NCBI GenBank assembly: GCA_963743915.1
Contig: CAVURN010000005.1
Span: 416,001 to 480,000 of the forward strand
Length of the DNA: 64,000 nucleotides
Source of the DNA: an uncultured Actinomycetota bacterium
Lineage (GTDB): Bacteria; Actinomycetota; Actinomycetes; JAHEKZ01
Reading direction: 5' to 3'
The notes beneath the pieces are model-generated. The model was not told where the DNA came from, ran no database searches, and worked only from the letters and a program-made list of their open reading frames with translations. Numbering within the stretch: position 1 is the stretch's first letter; each line of letters opens with the position of its first letter. A program made the position numbers and the translations under genes. Of this stretch, positions 29,411 to 39,251 are shown piece by piece.

Positions 29411-30454
29411 TCAGGTTGTCCCGTCGAACGTGAACCGCTCGAAGGGAGTCGTGCACGCGTGACCGCGTGCCAGCCACATGGACCGAGTCTCCGACTCGCA
29501 CACCATCGCGAAGAGGATCGTCGCGCCCTCGTCACCTTCGTCCGGGTCCGGATGGACACAGATGTGCTGCCCCTCCGCGTCGTGGTCCGCCAGGAGCGCG
29601 GTCATGCCCTCCACGGTGACGCTCGTCGTCTCCGACAGCTTCTGCGCCCGCGCCAACCTCGACTGACTTCCTGCTGACGGGGCGCAGGCCTTCGCTGCGA
29701 CCGTCGGGGCGAGGGAGTGGTTCGTGTGCACCGTGAGGTCGAGCCGGGCCGCTGTGGTCGCCGTGGTCTCGATCACGCAGGCATCCCCACCGGGAAAGGC
29801 ACACAGATAGGAGTACCCTCCGGCGCGGTGCTCCGGGGTCGCCCGCTCGAGCGCATCGGCTGGATCGCGTGCGTCGAGCAAGTGGCGCGCGACCAGCGCA
29901 CGGGGCACTCCGACCTTCTCGTCCAAGGCCGAGAGCGACATCGTGCCGAAGGCTGCCCCGTGCTCGTTGAGCCCGACCAACGGCAACGTTCCCGCCACCA
30001 TCGGCGCCAGCACGGCCGGAGCGTCGTCGGACACGTCCAGGACGAGGCCCACGGCGCCTTCGTCCCCGGCGTACCACTGCTCGTTGTGGCCCAGCAGTGT
30101 CCTGCCGTCAGACCGCAGCACGACGTCGGTGCATCGCTCAAGGGGTGTCGCGGTCACATTGCCGAGCTCGACGACCCCGTAGACCTCCTCGAAAGCGTTG
30201 GCGAAGAAGACGTCGAGAAAGGGCTGGTCCGCTCCCTCCGCCATCCCGTGCAGCTGGTCGACCAGGTGCGGGAAGGCGGAGGTCGCTGCTTCGACGTAGG
30301 GGGCGAGCAGGACCTCGAGCGACGCGCGATCGATACCGTGATTCGCCAGGTAGCGGCGGTTGAAGTCCACCGACCGGGCGATGCCGTTGCCGAACGCCTC
30401 GCCCATCTGGGCGCCTCGCTGGTGCGGCGTCCCCGCCACGCGGATCACACTCAC
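29411..30454 (-). CDS. C45-family autoproteolytic acyltransferase/hydrolase (Ntn hydrolase)
   Basis: GTPHQRG, nucleophile Cys in ERCTD, GHNE, GLNEHG, HTNH, ICVH motifs; start overlaps the Rieske stop. Confidence 0.8.
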   Translation of the reverse strand: MSVIRVAGTPHQRGAQMGEAFGNGIARSVDFNRRYLANHGIDRASLEVLLAPYVEAATSAFPHLVDQLHGMAEGADQPFLDVFFANAFEEVYGVVELGNVTATPLERCTDVVLRSDGRTLLGHNEQWYAGDEGAVGLVLDVSDDAPAVLAPMVAGTLPLVGLNEHGAAFGTMSLSALDEKVGVPRALVARHLLDARDPADALERATPEHRAGGYSYLCAFPGGDACVIETTATTAARLDLTVHTNHSLAPTVAAKACAPSAGSQSRLARAQKLSETTSVTVEGMTALLADHDAEGQHICVHPDPDEGDEGATILFAMVCESETRSMWLARGHACTTPFERFTFDGTT

Positions 30455-31584
30455 TCGGGCATCGGCCCCCGCACCCGCAGGTACCGCTCGGCGAACCGGT
30501 GCAGGAACGCGTCCTGAGGTGGGTACACGCCCTGGACGAAGCCCGGTGACCCGACTCCCCGCTGAGCGCGTTCGCACACCGCCCAGTCCTGGACGCTGAC
30601 CAGGTCGAGGAAGTCGACCATGTCGGAGCAGTCGAAGTCCGGTGCGTCCACGCTCTCCGGTCGGAACAGGTACTCGGACACGATGGTGGTGAGAGCGGGT
30701 CCACGCGGATAGAGCGTGTACACCATGGCACCCGTCGACACCAGGTTCATCATGACGTTGGGGAAGACGGAGTAGCCCCAGTACGTCCGACGGTCGAGGT
30801 CGGTGAGATCGGGCAGGATCGGGAGCGACGACGTGCCGGACAGCGTGAAGGTCGAGTAGCCGTCGTCCAAGGTGGCGCCGAGGTCTGGTCGATCCGGGTC
30901 GAAGACCATGCCCTTGCGGTACATGGGCACCAGGTTCGACAGCTCGGGGTGCACGCCGGGACAGTGCAGGCACTCGTTGAAGTTGTCATGGATGATCTTC
31001 CAGTTGGCCCGCACCTCGTACTCGATGCGGCGGCCGAGCCGGAGCTCACCGACGTGGTACCGCTCGTACTCCAGGGGACCGTCGGGCTCGTCGGCAAGCT
31101 GGTCGAGCAGCGGCTGCGGGTCGGGTCCGAGATGGACGAAGACGAACCCTTCCCACTCGTCACAGGCGACTGACCGGAGTGGGTACCGGCTGCGGTCGAA
31201 GTCCTCGGTGTCGCGCACGTTCGGCGTCCCGATCAGTCGACCCTCGAGGTCGTACACCCAGTTGTGGTACGGGCAGCTGAAGGCGCCCTTGGTGCTGCCG
31301 ACCCCTTCGTCGCAGAGCACCGTTCCTCGGTGCCGGCAGACGTTGTAGAAAGCACGGACGACACCGTCCTTGCCACGGACGACCAGGACTCCGGTCCCAG
31401 CCACGTCCCGGGCGAGGTAGTCGCCGGGCCGTTCGATCTCTTCGGCGCGTCCGACACAGAACCAGCTGCGTTGGAACACCGTCTCGCGTTCGCGCTGCCA
31501 CACGGACGAGTCGTGGTAGTCACGCCCCGGCAGGCCAGGAAACGTCTGGTCGATCGCGACACCGGCGATGGTCTCGTCGAGCAT
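30451..31584 (-). CDS. Rieske non-heme iron oxygenase alpha subunit (GbcA/choline monooxygenase-like)
   Basis: CRHRG...CPYHNW Rieske motif; NWK...NFNECLHCPGVH and QDW mononuclear Fe ligands. Confidence 0.88.
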   Translation of the reverse strand: MLDETIAGVAIDQTFPGLPGRDYHDSSVWQRERETVFQRSWFCVGRAEEIERPGDYLARDVAGTGVLVVRGKDGVVRAFYNVCRHRGTVLCDEGVGSTKGAFSCPYHNWVYDLEGRLIGTPNVRDTEDFDRSRYPLRSVACDEWEGFVFVHLGPDPQPLLDQLADEPDGPLEYERYHVGELRLGRRIEYEVRANWKIIHDNFNECLHCPGVHPELSNLVPMYRKGMVFDPDRPDLGATLDDGYSTFTLSGTSSLPILPDLTDLDRRTYWGYSVFPNVMMNLVSTGAMVYTLYPRGPALTTIVSEYLFRPESVDAPDFDCSDMVDFLDLVSVQDWAVCERAQRGVGSPGFVQGVYPPQDAFLHRFAERYLRVRGPMPE

Positions 31585-31669
31585 GCACAACCTCCTCGAG
31601 CGGTGTGGCCGCACCCTCGCCCCGATTGCACCGCCCCGTTGCCTGGGAGGTCAAGGCATACTGACGCGG

Positions 31670-32854
31670 GTGCGCCTCCGTGTGGTCATCCTGGTCTACC
31701 TGGCGCTCTTTGTGGGTGAGCTCTCCTGGTCCGGCGTCACGCCGCTGATCCCGTCATACATCGAGCAGTACGACCTCAGCGACTTCGAGGGTGGGCTCGT
31801 GCTCTCGGTCGCCAGTCTCGGCATCCTCCTGGCCTCGGTCCCGGCGGGGTACGTCACCCGACGGATCGACGCGCGCACGCTGACACTCGGCGCCATGGCA
31901 GTGATCGGGCTCTCGGGACTGGCGATGGCTCTGCTGCCGAGCTACCCGGCGATCATTGCGGCACGCCTCGTGTTCGGGCTGGCGTTCGGCACGCTCTGGG
32001 TGTCCATGGCAGCGTGGCTGGACGACGCGGCGGGCGAGGAGAGCCCCCGGGTGCTGGCCCTGACGACGTCGGTCGTCGGACTGAGCGCCATGCTCGCGCC
32101 GGCCTACGCCGGTTGGGTGGCCGACACCTGGAGCCTCAGCGCACCCTTCGTGGGTCTGGCAGCCGTGACCGGACTCCTGCTCGTCCTCCTGTTGGCCGAC
32201 CGCTCCGGCACCGGCCGTCGCAAGGACCCCGCCCCGCCGCTCAGGGACCTGATCCGCGCCTCGCGAGCAGACCCCGGACTGAGCACGATGCTGCTGCTCA
32301 CGGTCGCCGCGGCGGTGGTGTGGATGACAGCAGACCTGCTGGTGCCCCTGCGGCTCGACGACGGCGGTTACGACGCAGCGGCGATCGGGCTCGTGTTCGC
32401 CGTGTCGTCGTTGGTCTTCGTGGTGTCCGGAGCCGTGACCGCACGCGGCGCCGACCGCTGGGCCCGCCCGGGCGTCGCCGCGACGGCCACCCTGGGGCTC
32501 GCGGTCTGCACCGCGCTGCCCGCCATCCTCGTCGGCGTCCCGGTCGCCCTCGTCTTCCTCGTCGGGGCCGGCGTCACCACCGGCATCATCGGCGCGCTCA
32601 CGTTCCCCTTCGGGCTGCAGGCGGTTCAGCGCGGAGCCGTGACGGTGGCGCTGATGAGCGCCCTCGCCAACATCATCTGGGCTCTCTCCGGCATGGCCGG
32701 CCCCACGATCGGCGGCGCCTTCGCCGAGTGGGCGGGAGACCAGATGGCCTTCGCCGTCCTGGCGGCCGTCAGCCTGCTCGTCGCGGTGGTCGTCGGACGC
32801 CGCGGCTACGCGGCGCGAGCCTCCTTGGCCGGGCGCAGGTACACGAACCAGTAG
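31670..32854 (+). CDS. MFS transporter
   Basis: About 12 hydrophobic helices, MFS-type loops; CATACT -10 box 7 nt before the GTG. Confidence 0.82.
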   Translation: MRLRVVILVYLALFVGELSWSGVTPLIPSYIEQYDLSDFEGGLVLSVASLGILLASVPAGYVTRRIDARTLTLGAMAVIGLSGLAMALLPSYPAIIAARLVFGLAFGTLWVSMAAWLDDAAGEESPRVLALTTSVVGLSAMLAPAYAGWVADTWSLSAPFVGLAAVTGLLLVLLLADRSGTGRRKDPAPPLRDLIRASRADPGLSTMLLLTVAAAVVWMTADLLVPLRLDDGGYDAAAIGLVFAVSSLVFVVSGAVTARGADRWARPGVAATATLGLAVCTALPAILVGVPVALVFLVGAGVTTGIIGALTFPFGLQAVQRGAVTVALMSALANIIWALSGMAGPTIGGAFAEWAGDQMAFAVLAAVSLLVAVVVGRRGYAARASLAGRRYTNQ

Positions 32855-33678
32855 ACGAGACCGACCAGCAGACCGCCCCCGATGATGTTGCCGAGCGTGG
32901 CGGCCGTGAGGTTGCTGACGAAGCCGCCGACGTCCAGCGACGCCAGCTGGTCGGGGGTGAGCCCGGCGTCCAGTGCACGCTCCTCCAGCCCTTGCTCGTC
33001 ACGGAGCAACAGCCCCTGGGGGATGAAGTACATGTTGGCGACCGAGTGCTCGAACCCGGCGGCGACGAACGCGGCGATCGGGAAGATGATCGCGAAGACC
33101 TTGTCGACCACGCTCTTCCCCGCCATGGCCAGCCACACCGCGAGGCAGACCAGGACGTTGCAGAGGATTCCTCGGACGAAGACCACCTCGAAAGGCAGCG
33201 AGGTCTTGGTCGCTGCGATCGACAACGCGGACACCCCGACCTCGCCCCCGCCGAGCGACCAGCCGTCACCGACCCACACCATCACGACCACCGACACGGC
33301 CCCGACGAAGTTGCCGGCGAAGACGACCCCCCAGTTGCGCAGAAGCTGGACCAGGGTGATGTGACCGTCGACAAGGCTCATCACCACGAGGTTGTTGCCG
33401 GTGAACAGCTCGGCACCCGCAACCACCACCAGGATCAGCCCGACCGAGAACGCCAGACCCGCCAGCCATCGGGTGGGGCCAAGGCCGACTGCAGAGCCCG
33501 TCCCGACGACGGTCGACAGGACCGCCCCCAAGGCGATGAACGCCCCGGCCAGGACACCCAGCGCGAAGGTCGGCAGCAAGGCGCCGCGCGCCTTCGAGAC
33601 GCCACGCGTCTCGACCAGACGCGCGATCTCTGAGGGGGTGTACGCCTCGACCCCGGTCATCGGTGAGGGCTGCGTCAT
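32806..33678 (-). CDS. Formate/nitrite transporter (FNT) family channel
   Basis: AELFTGN, GNFVG, GILCNVLVCLAVW, GFEHSVANM, TLGNIIGG. Confidence 0.92.
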   Translation of the reverse strand: MTQPSPMTGVEAYTPSEIARLVETRGVSKARGALLPTFALGVLAGAFIALGAVLSTVVGTGSAVGLGPTRWLAGLAFSVGLILVVVAGAELFTGNNLVVMSLVDGHITLVQLLRNWGVVFAGNFVGAVSVVVMVWVGDGWSLGGGEVGVSALSIAATKTSLPFEVVFVRGILCNVLVCLAVWLAMAGKSVVDKVFAIIFPIAAFVAAGFEHSVANMYFIPQGLLLRDEQGLEERALDAGLTPDQLASLDVGGFVSNLTAATLGNIIGGGLLVGLVYWFVYLRPAKEARAA

Positions 33679-33758
33679 CGGGCCTCCTGCCTCGCGTCCG
33701 CGAGTCTTCCGGTAGGACGCCCTACGCTGATGCCGACACACCGGAGAGAGGAACGACC

Positions 33759-34055
33759 ATGTCGACCAGTGACGGCCCGGCACCTGTGCCGGAGATTCCC
33801 CGATTCCCCGATGGCAAGCCGATGGTCGACACCGCCGGTCGGCCGGCGAGCCCCAAGAGCCGCCTGGCGGCGGCACTCCTTGCCTGGTTCCTCGGCGTGT
33901 TCGGGATCCACCGCTTCTACGTGGGGAAGGTCGGCACGGGGATCCTGATGCTCCTGACCTTCGGGGGACTCGGCATCTGGGCGCTCATCGACTTCGTGAT
34001 GATCCTGCTGGGCTCCTTCAGGGACAAGGAAGAGCGGTACCTGGCCAACTGGTGA
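33759..34055 (+). CDS. TM2-domain membrane protein
   Basis: KSRLAAALLAWFLGVFGIHRFYVGKVGTG...GIWALID. Confidence 0.88.
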   Translation: MSTSDGPAPVPEIPRFPDGKPMVDTAGRPASPKSRLAAALLAWFLGVFGIHRFYVGKVGTGILMLLTFGGLGIWALIDFVMILLGSFRDKEERYLANW

Positions 34056-34076
34056 CCTCCGTCACCGACCGGGGTC

Positions 34077-35063
34077 TCAGGCTTCCCGCACCTGCAGGAG
34101 CACCTTGCCGATGTTCTCGCCCTCGGCGAGCACACGATGCGCCTCAGCCGCTCTCTCCCAGGGAAGCACCCGGTCGACGACCGGAAGCACCCGGCGGTCC
34201 TGCACCGCCGGCCACACCTGTTCCACCACGGTCTTCACGATGGCCGCCTTGTCGTCGGTCGATCGAGAGCGAAGGGTCGTGCCGTGGACGCTCAGCCGCT
34301 GGCTGAGCAGGCGTCCGAGGTCGAGCTCGGCACGCGTCCCGCCCTGCAACCCGATCACCACCAGACGTCCTTCCGTGGCCAGGCTGCGCAGGTTCTGGTC
34401 GAGGTAGCGGGCCCCGACCACGTCCAGGACGACGTCGGCACCGCGTCCTCCTGTCGCCTCCTTGACCGCGGCCACGAAGTCCTGCTCGCGGTAGTTCACG
34501 GCGACGTCCGCGCCGAGGGTGAGGCAGGCGTCCATCTTGCGGGCCGAGCCGCACGTGACCACGGTGCGGGCACCGACCAGTCTGGCCAGCTGGATCGCCA
34601 TGGTGCCGATGCCGGAGCCTCCCCCGTGCACGAGGAGCGTCTCTCCCTCCGCCAGCCCAGCCACCCCCACGACGTTCGACCACACCGTGCAGACCGCCTC
34701 CGGCAGAGCGGCCGCCTCCACCAGGCCCACCCCCTGCGGGAGGGGCATCAGCTGGCCGACGGGCACCACCACCTGCTCGGCGTAGCCGCCGCCGGCGAGC
34801 AGGGCCGCCACCTCGTCGCCGACCTGCCAGCCGTGCACCCCTTCACCCAGTGCGGCGATCCGCCCTGAGCACTCCAGGCCGAGGACCGGCGAGGTTCCGG
34901 GGGGAGGCGGGTAGTGCCCCTGGCGCTGCAGCAGGTCCGCCCGGTTGACCCCGGACGCCACCACGTCGACGAGCACCTCGCCAGGACCGGGGCTCGGATC
35001 AGGTACCTGGGTGACCCGCAGCACCTCGGGCCCGCCTGGCTCGGAGAAGGTCACCGCCTGCAC
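34077..35063 (-). CDS. NADPH:quinone oxidoreductase (zeta-crystallin/PIG3 family)
   Basis: GVNRAD, GLECSG, GGYAE, HGGGSGIG, GKVLL. Confidence 0.9.
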   Translation of the reverse strand: MQAVTFSEPGGPEVLRVTQVPDPSPGPGEVLVDVVASGVNRADLLQRQGHYPPPPGTSPVLGLECSGRIAALGEGVHGWQVGDEVAALLAGGGYAEQVVVPVGQLMPLPQGVGLVEAAALPEAVCTVWSNVVGVAGLAEGETLLVHGGGSGIGTMAIQLARLVGARTVVTCGSARKMDACLTLGADVAVNYREQDFVAAVKEATGGRGADVVLDVVGARYLDQNLRSLATEGRLVVIGLQGGTRAELDLGRLLSQRLSVHGTTLRSRSTDDKAAIVKTVVEQVWPAVQDRRVLPVVDRVLPWERAAEAHRVLAEGENIGKVLLQVREA

Positions 35064-35098
35064 GGACCCAACGTAGGGGCAGCCGGGTCGTGGCCGGA

Positions 35099-35139
35099 CA
35101 GCGGACAGGACCCCGCACGTGACGGGGTCCTGTCCGCTG
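35099..35139. terminator. Strong hairpin downstream of the fasciclin gene
   Basis: CAGCGGACAGGACCCC-N9-GGGGTCCTGTCCGCTG, perfect 16-bp stem; no U-tract. Confidence 0.7.
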
Positions 35140-35161
35140 AGGTTCGGTGACGGTGCGGTGG

Positions 35162-35800
35162 TCAGGCGGGCAGCACCGGGAGCAGCACCCGGTTGATGGC
35201 GTGGGCGATCTGCTTGTTGCCCTTGTTGATGTCGGTGACGATCACCTGCGGGTTGTCCACGCCCTTGGCCCGGTCCTTGAGGAAGATCGCTCCGTTCTTC
35301 TTCACGTTGACCGTGACCTTCTGCCCGTTGGCCATCTCGAGCTTGGCGCCGTCGGACTGCGAGGCAGCCTTGGCGTTGATCTTCACGCCCGGAACCACGT
35401 GGTAGAGCAGGACTTCCTCGATGCCGCCGAGCCCGAGCTCCGCCACGAGCTTGCCCGTGAGCTTCTCCTCGTTCTTGGCAGTGATGCCGAGGTCCTTGGC
35501 GGTCCGGGCGAACCCGGCGTCGGTCGGGATGAAGGCGGTCAGCCGGACGTCGCCGTCGGTCAGCGCCGAGACCGGTGAGCTGGGGTCGTCGCCGAGCACG
35601 GCCAGGACCGCCGCGGTGAGGATGTCGAAGTCCCTGCCCTTGTCGTCGAAGGTCGGCTGACCCTTCTTGGTGTCGGCGAGCAGGATCGAGGCCAGCGACT
35701 TCGAGCCGGGTGCCGCCTGGGCGGGAGACGCCAGCGCGAGCGGAGCAGCGGCGAGGCCACAGGCGACGGCGAGGGCGGTGACACGGGAACGCAGGTTCAT
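35162..35800 (-). CDS. Secreted fasciclin (FAS1) domain protein
   Basis: Signal peptide ending AQA; LTAFIPTDAGF, VLLYHVVPG, HAINRVLLP; GGAGG RBS. Confidence 0.9.
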   Translation of the reverse strand: MNLRSRVTALAVACGLAAAPLALASPAQAAPGSKSLASILLADTKKGQPTFDDKGRDFDILTAAVLAVLGDDPSSPVSALTDGDVRLTAFIPTDAGFARTAKDLGITAKNEEKLTGKLVAELGLGGIEEVLLYHVVPGVKINAKAASQSDGAKLEMANGQKVTVNVKKNGAIFLKDRAKGVDNPQVIVTDINKGNKQIAHAINRVLLPVLPA

Positions 35801-35893
35801 GAGGTCCTCCTGGGGACGGGGTTTAGCCCCTCTTCCCGGCACGACCGCGACCTGGATGCACAACCTGTGAAGAAGTTCGGGTCAGGCTCCGGT

Positions 35894-36508
35894 TCAGCGC
35901 TCGTCATCCATGGCGGCGACGCCGGGGATCCGGCTTCCGACGACGGTGCCGAGATCCATCGCCAGCTCGAGGTCCTCGTGCGTGAAGACCGGGACGTCCG
36001 GGCCCCGGGCGAGAAAGACCTCGCCGAGCACCCGACCCTGGGCGACCATCGGCACCCCCATGAAGCAGGGCTGCACCGGACGCGGTGACTGGCGCACGTA
36101 CTCCGTCACGACCTCGAGCTCGTCGGTGCTGAGGTAGCCACGGTGGGACAACAGCCGCTCGGCTGCAGCCGGGTAGTCGCTGAGGGGGTAGTACGCGTCC
36201 TCCGGGAACGTGACCTGGTCCGGAGCGAGCTCGCCGACGTTGACCAGGTCGCGAAAGCGGTCCCCCTCGATCAGGGTGATGTGCACGCTGCTGGCCGCCA
36301 TGATCTCGAGGATGGTGAGCGCGGCACCGTGCCCGAGCGACCGCAGGTCCTCGTGGCGATCGATGCGGACGACGAGGTGCCGGATGATCTCCGAGCGGCT
36401 CTCACCGATCCAGCCGCGGTGATAGCGCGCAGCGGCCGTCTGCGGGGCTGTCCAGACCACCGCGCACCTCCACCGCGTCTCGTACGGACACTGACTGGTC
36501 CCACACAC
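35894..36508 (-). CDS. Stand-alone GAF-domain protein (start uncertain)
   Basis: FMGVPMVAQGRVLGEVFLAR...FTHEDLELA GAF signature. Confidence 0.65.
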   Translation of the reverse strand: MCGTSQCPYETRWRCAVVWTAPQTAAARYHRGWIGESRSEIIRHLVVRIDRHEDLRSLGHGAALTILEIMAASSVHITLIEGDRFRDLVNVGELAPDQVTFPEDAYYPLSDYPAAAERLLSHRGYLSTDELEVVTEYVRQSPRPVQPCFMGVPMVAQGRVLGEVFLARGPDVPVFTHEDLELAMDLGTVVGSRIPGVAAMDDER

Positions 36509-36592
36509 AGCTCACCCCGATGGATCCGGTATCGGCCGATGTCCGCACCTCCTTGATGCGGGACGGCGTCGGCGTCGCGCTAGCGTCGGGCC

Positions 36593-37484
36593 ATGACAGC
36601 AGGCACGCACCTCCTCGAGCTGCCGGACGGCCGCACGCTCGACGTCTACCTCGGCGGTGACGAAGGTGGCTTCCCTCTGGTCATGCACCACGGCACACCC
36701 TCGGACTCCACGACGTTCGCCGACTGGGACGAGCCGTGTCGAGAACGCGGGTTCCGCCTGGTCTGCGCGAGCCGCCCCGGATATGCGACGTCCACCAGGC
36801 TCCCTGGCCGGGACGTCGCACAGGCTGCCCGGGACACCGCAGAGCTCCTGGACCTGCTGGGCGTGGACGCGTTCGTCACCGGCGGGTGGTCGGGGGGCGG
36901 CCCCCATGCGCTGGCGTGCGCGGCCCTGCTCCCCGACCGGTGCCGGGCCGCAGCGACGCTGGCGGGTGTCGGGCCGTCCGGAGACGACGAGCTCGACTTC
37001 CTCGCGGACATGGGTCCGGAGAACGTCGAGGAGTTCGGCGCGGCGCAGGAGGGGGAGGACGCACTGTGCGCGTGGCTGGCCGAGTTCGGGGAGCCGTTCC
37101 GGCAGGTGACGGCGGAGCAGATCGCCGAGGCCTTCGGCGGCCTGGTCCCCCAGATCGACGTCGACGTCCTCGAGGGCGGGTACGCGGCCCAGATGGCGGC
37201 CGAGACGCGACGCGCCCTCCAAGGCGGCTTCGACGGCTGGGTCGACGACGACCTCGCGTTCACCCGTCCGTGGGGCTTCGACGTCGGGGACATTCAGACT
37301 CCCGGTGACGGTCTGGCAGGGCGACCTCGACCTCATGGTCCCGGTCGCCCACGGCCGTTGGCTGGTGGACCACCTGCCCAAGGCGACCCAGCACATGGTC
37401 GCCGGCCACGGGCACATCTCCCTCGTCACGCGCTACCGGGACGAGATCCTCAACGACCTGCAGGACGCCGTACCTGCGACCTGA
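36593..37484 (+). CDS. Alpha/beta hydrolase (frameshift near 37297)
   Basis: HHGTP, RPGY, GWSGGG nucleophile elbow; C-terminus [10 protein letters not shown]...GHGHISL in another frame. Confidence 0.85.
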
Positions 37485-37508
37485 CCACGCTGCGCCTGCT
37501 GCTGCGCC

Positions 37509-38954
37509 TCACGCCTTCACGTACGAGGTCTTGACCACCGTGAAGAACTCGCGCGCATGCGTTCCCTGCTCACGCGGCCCGTACGACGACGCCCGTCGCC
37601 CACCGAACGGGACGTGGTAGTCGACGCCTGCGGTGGGGACGTTGACCATCACCATCCCGGCGGTGGAGTGCCGACGGAAGTGGGTGGCGGCCGCGAGCGA
37701 CGTGGTGACGATGCCGCTGGAGAGGCCGAACTCGGTGTCGTTCGCGGTCGCCAGCGCCTGGTCGTAGTCAGCCACCTCGATGACCGAGGCGACCGGCCCG
37801 AAGACCTCCTCGCGGTTGACCGTCATGCTGCTGCTCGTCCCGACCACGAGCGCCGGGGCAAGGAAGTGGCCGTCCGATGCCACGCTCCACCCGCTCGCCG
37901 CCGACGACGTCGCCGCCCTCCGTCCTGGCGATCTCCAGGTACCTCTCGTCCTGGGCCAGCTGGGTCGCGTCCACCACCGGACCCATGTCCGTGTCCGACG
38001 CGCGCGCATCACCCACCCGCCACTGACGCATACGGGCGGTCAGCGCCTCGACGAAACGGTCGTGGATGCCCGCGGTGACGATCAGTCGGCTGGACGCGGT
38101 GCAGCGCTGACCGGTCGACCCGAACGCGCCCTGCAGCGCGACCTCGACAGCCACCTCGAGGTCGGCGTCGTCGAGCACGACGAGCGGGTTCTTGCCACCC
38201 ATCTCCAGCTGCACGCGAGCACGGTGAGGCTGCGCGGACGCCAGGATGGCCTCGCCGGTGACCACCGATCCGGTGAACGTGATGCCGTCCACGCCCGTCG
38301 CCCGGTCAGCACCGGTCCGATCTCACGTCCACGACCCATGACCAGGTTGAGCACACCGTCCGGAAGCCCGGCGCGACGCAGGATGTCGACGAGCTCCCAT
38401 GCGCTCCCCGGCACGAGCTCCGCCGGCTTGAACACGACGGTGTTGCCGTACGCGAGGGCGGGAGCGATCTTCCACGCGGGGATGGCGATGGGGAAGTTCC
38501 ACGGGGTGATGACGCCGACGACACCGAGCGGTTCGCGGGTGACCGTGATCTCCAGCCCGGGCCGGATCGAGTCGATGAGCTCACCGGTGTTCCGCAGCGC
38601 CTGTCCCCCGTGGAACTTCAGGATCTGGCCGGCGCGCACCACCTCTCCACGTGCCTCGACCAGCGTCTTGCCCTCCTCGCGGGCAAGCAGGTCGCCGAGC
38701 TCGTCCGCGCGCGCGATCACCTCGTTGCCTGCGCGGTCCAGCACATCTGCGCGCTCCTGTGGCGTCGCGGACGCCCATCGCGGCAGTGCGGAGCGAGCCG
38801 CGTCCACCGCCGCCGACGCGTCGGCAACGGTCGCGTGCCCGTACTCACCGACGATGTCGGACGTGTCACTCGGGTTGACGTTGGGGGTCCAGTCGGCGCC
38901 GACGACGTCAGCGCCGCCGATGATGTTGGGCCGGCGCACAGTCGTTGAGCTCAT
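37509..38954 (-). CDS. Aldehyde dehydrogenase (alpha-ketoglutarate semialdehyde dehydrogenase-like); two frameshifts
   Basis: ITPWNFP, KPAE, FTGS, LEMGGKNP, GQRCTA, EEVFGPV, PFGG. Confidence 0.88.
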
Positions 38955-39042
38955 GGTCCGAGCGTAGGCCGCGGCCCAACGGCCCCCCGACTGTCCCCCT
39001 GCGTGGGCTCATGGCCCGCCGAGTGTCCCGCTGCGTGACGCC

Positions 39043-39141
39043 GAACCCTGTCGGCTGCGTCCATCGGCGCGATACTCACGCTTTCGGGGGCCAGGAGCCC
39101 GTGGAATGGTGAGCATCGCTCCAATGGACAGGGTGTGGGTT
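39043..39141. repeat. Intergenic imperfect inverted repeat (REP/MITE-like)
   Basis: Arms GTCCATCGGCGCGATACTCAC (39059-39079) and GTGAGCATCGCTCCAATGGAC (39109-39129) match 18/21; outer GAACCC/GGGTTC. Confidence 0.55.
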
Positions 39142-39251
39142 CCGAACCGTCAGAGTGCGTGCCGGGTGGACGGTGTCGGGCGTCGAGTGCTGACGTCGGC
39201 GCGACGCCCAGCAGGACCGGCACGCGCGCGGCAGGACACGCGGCTCTCGGC

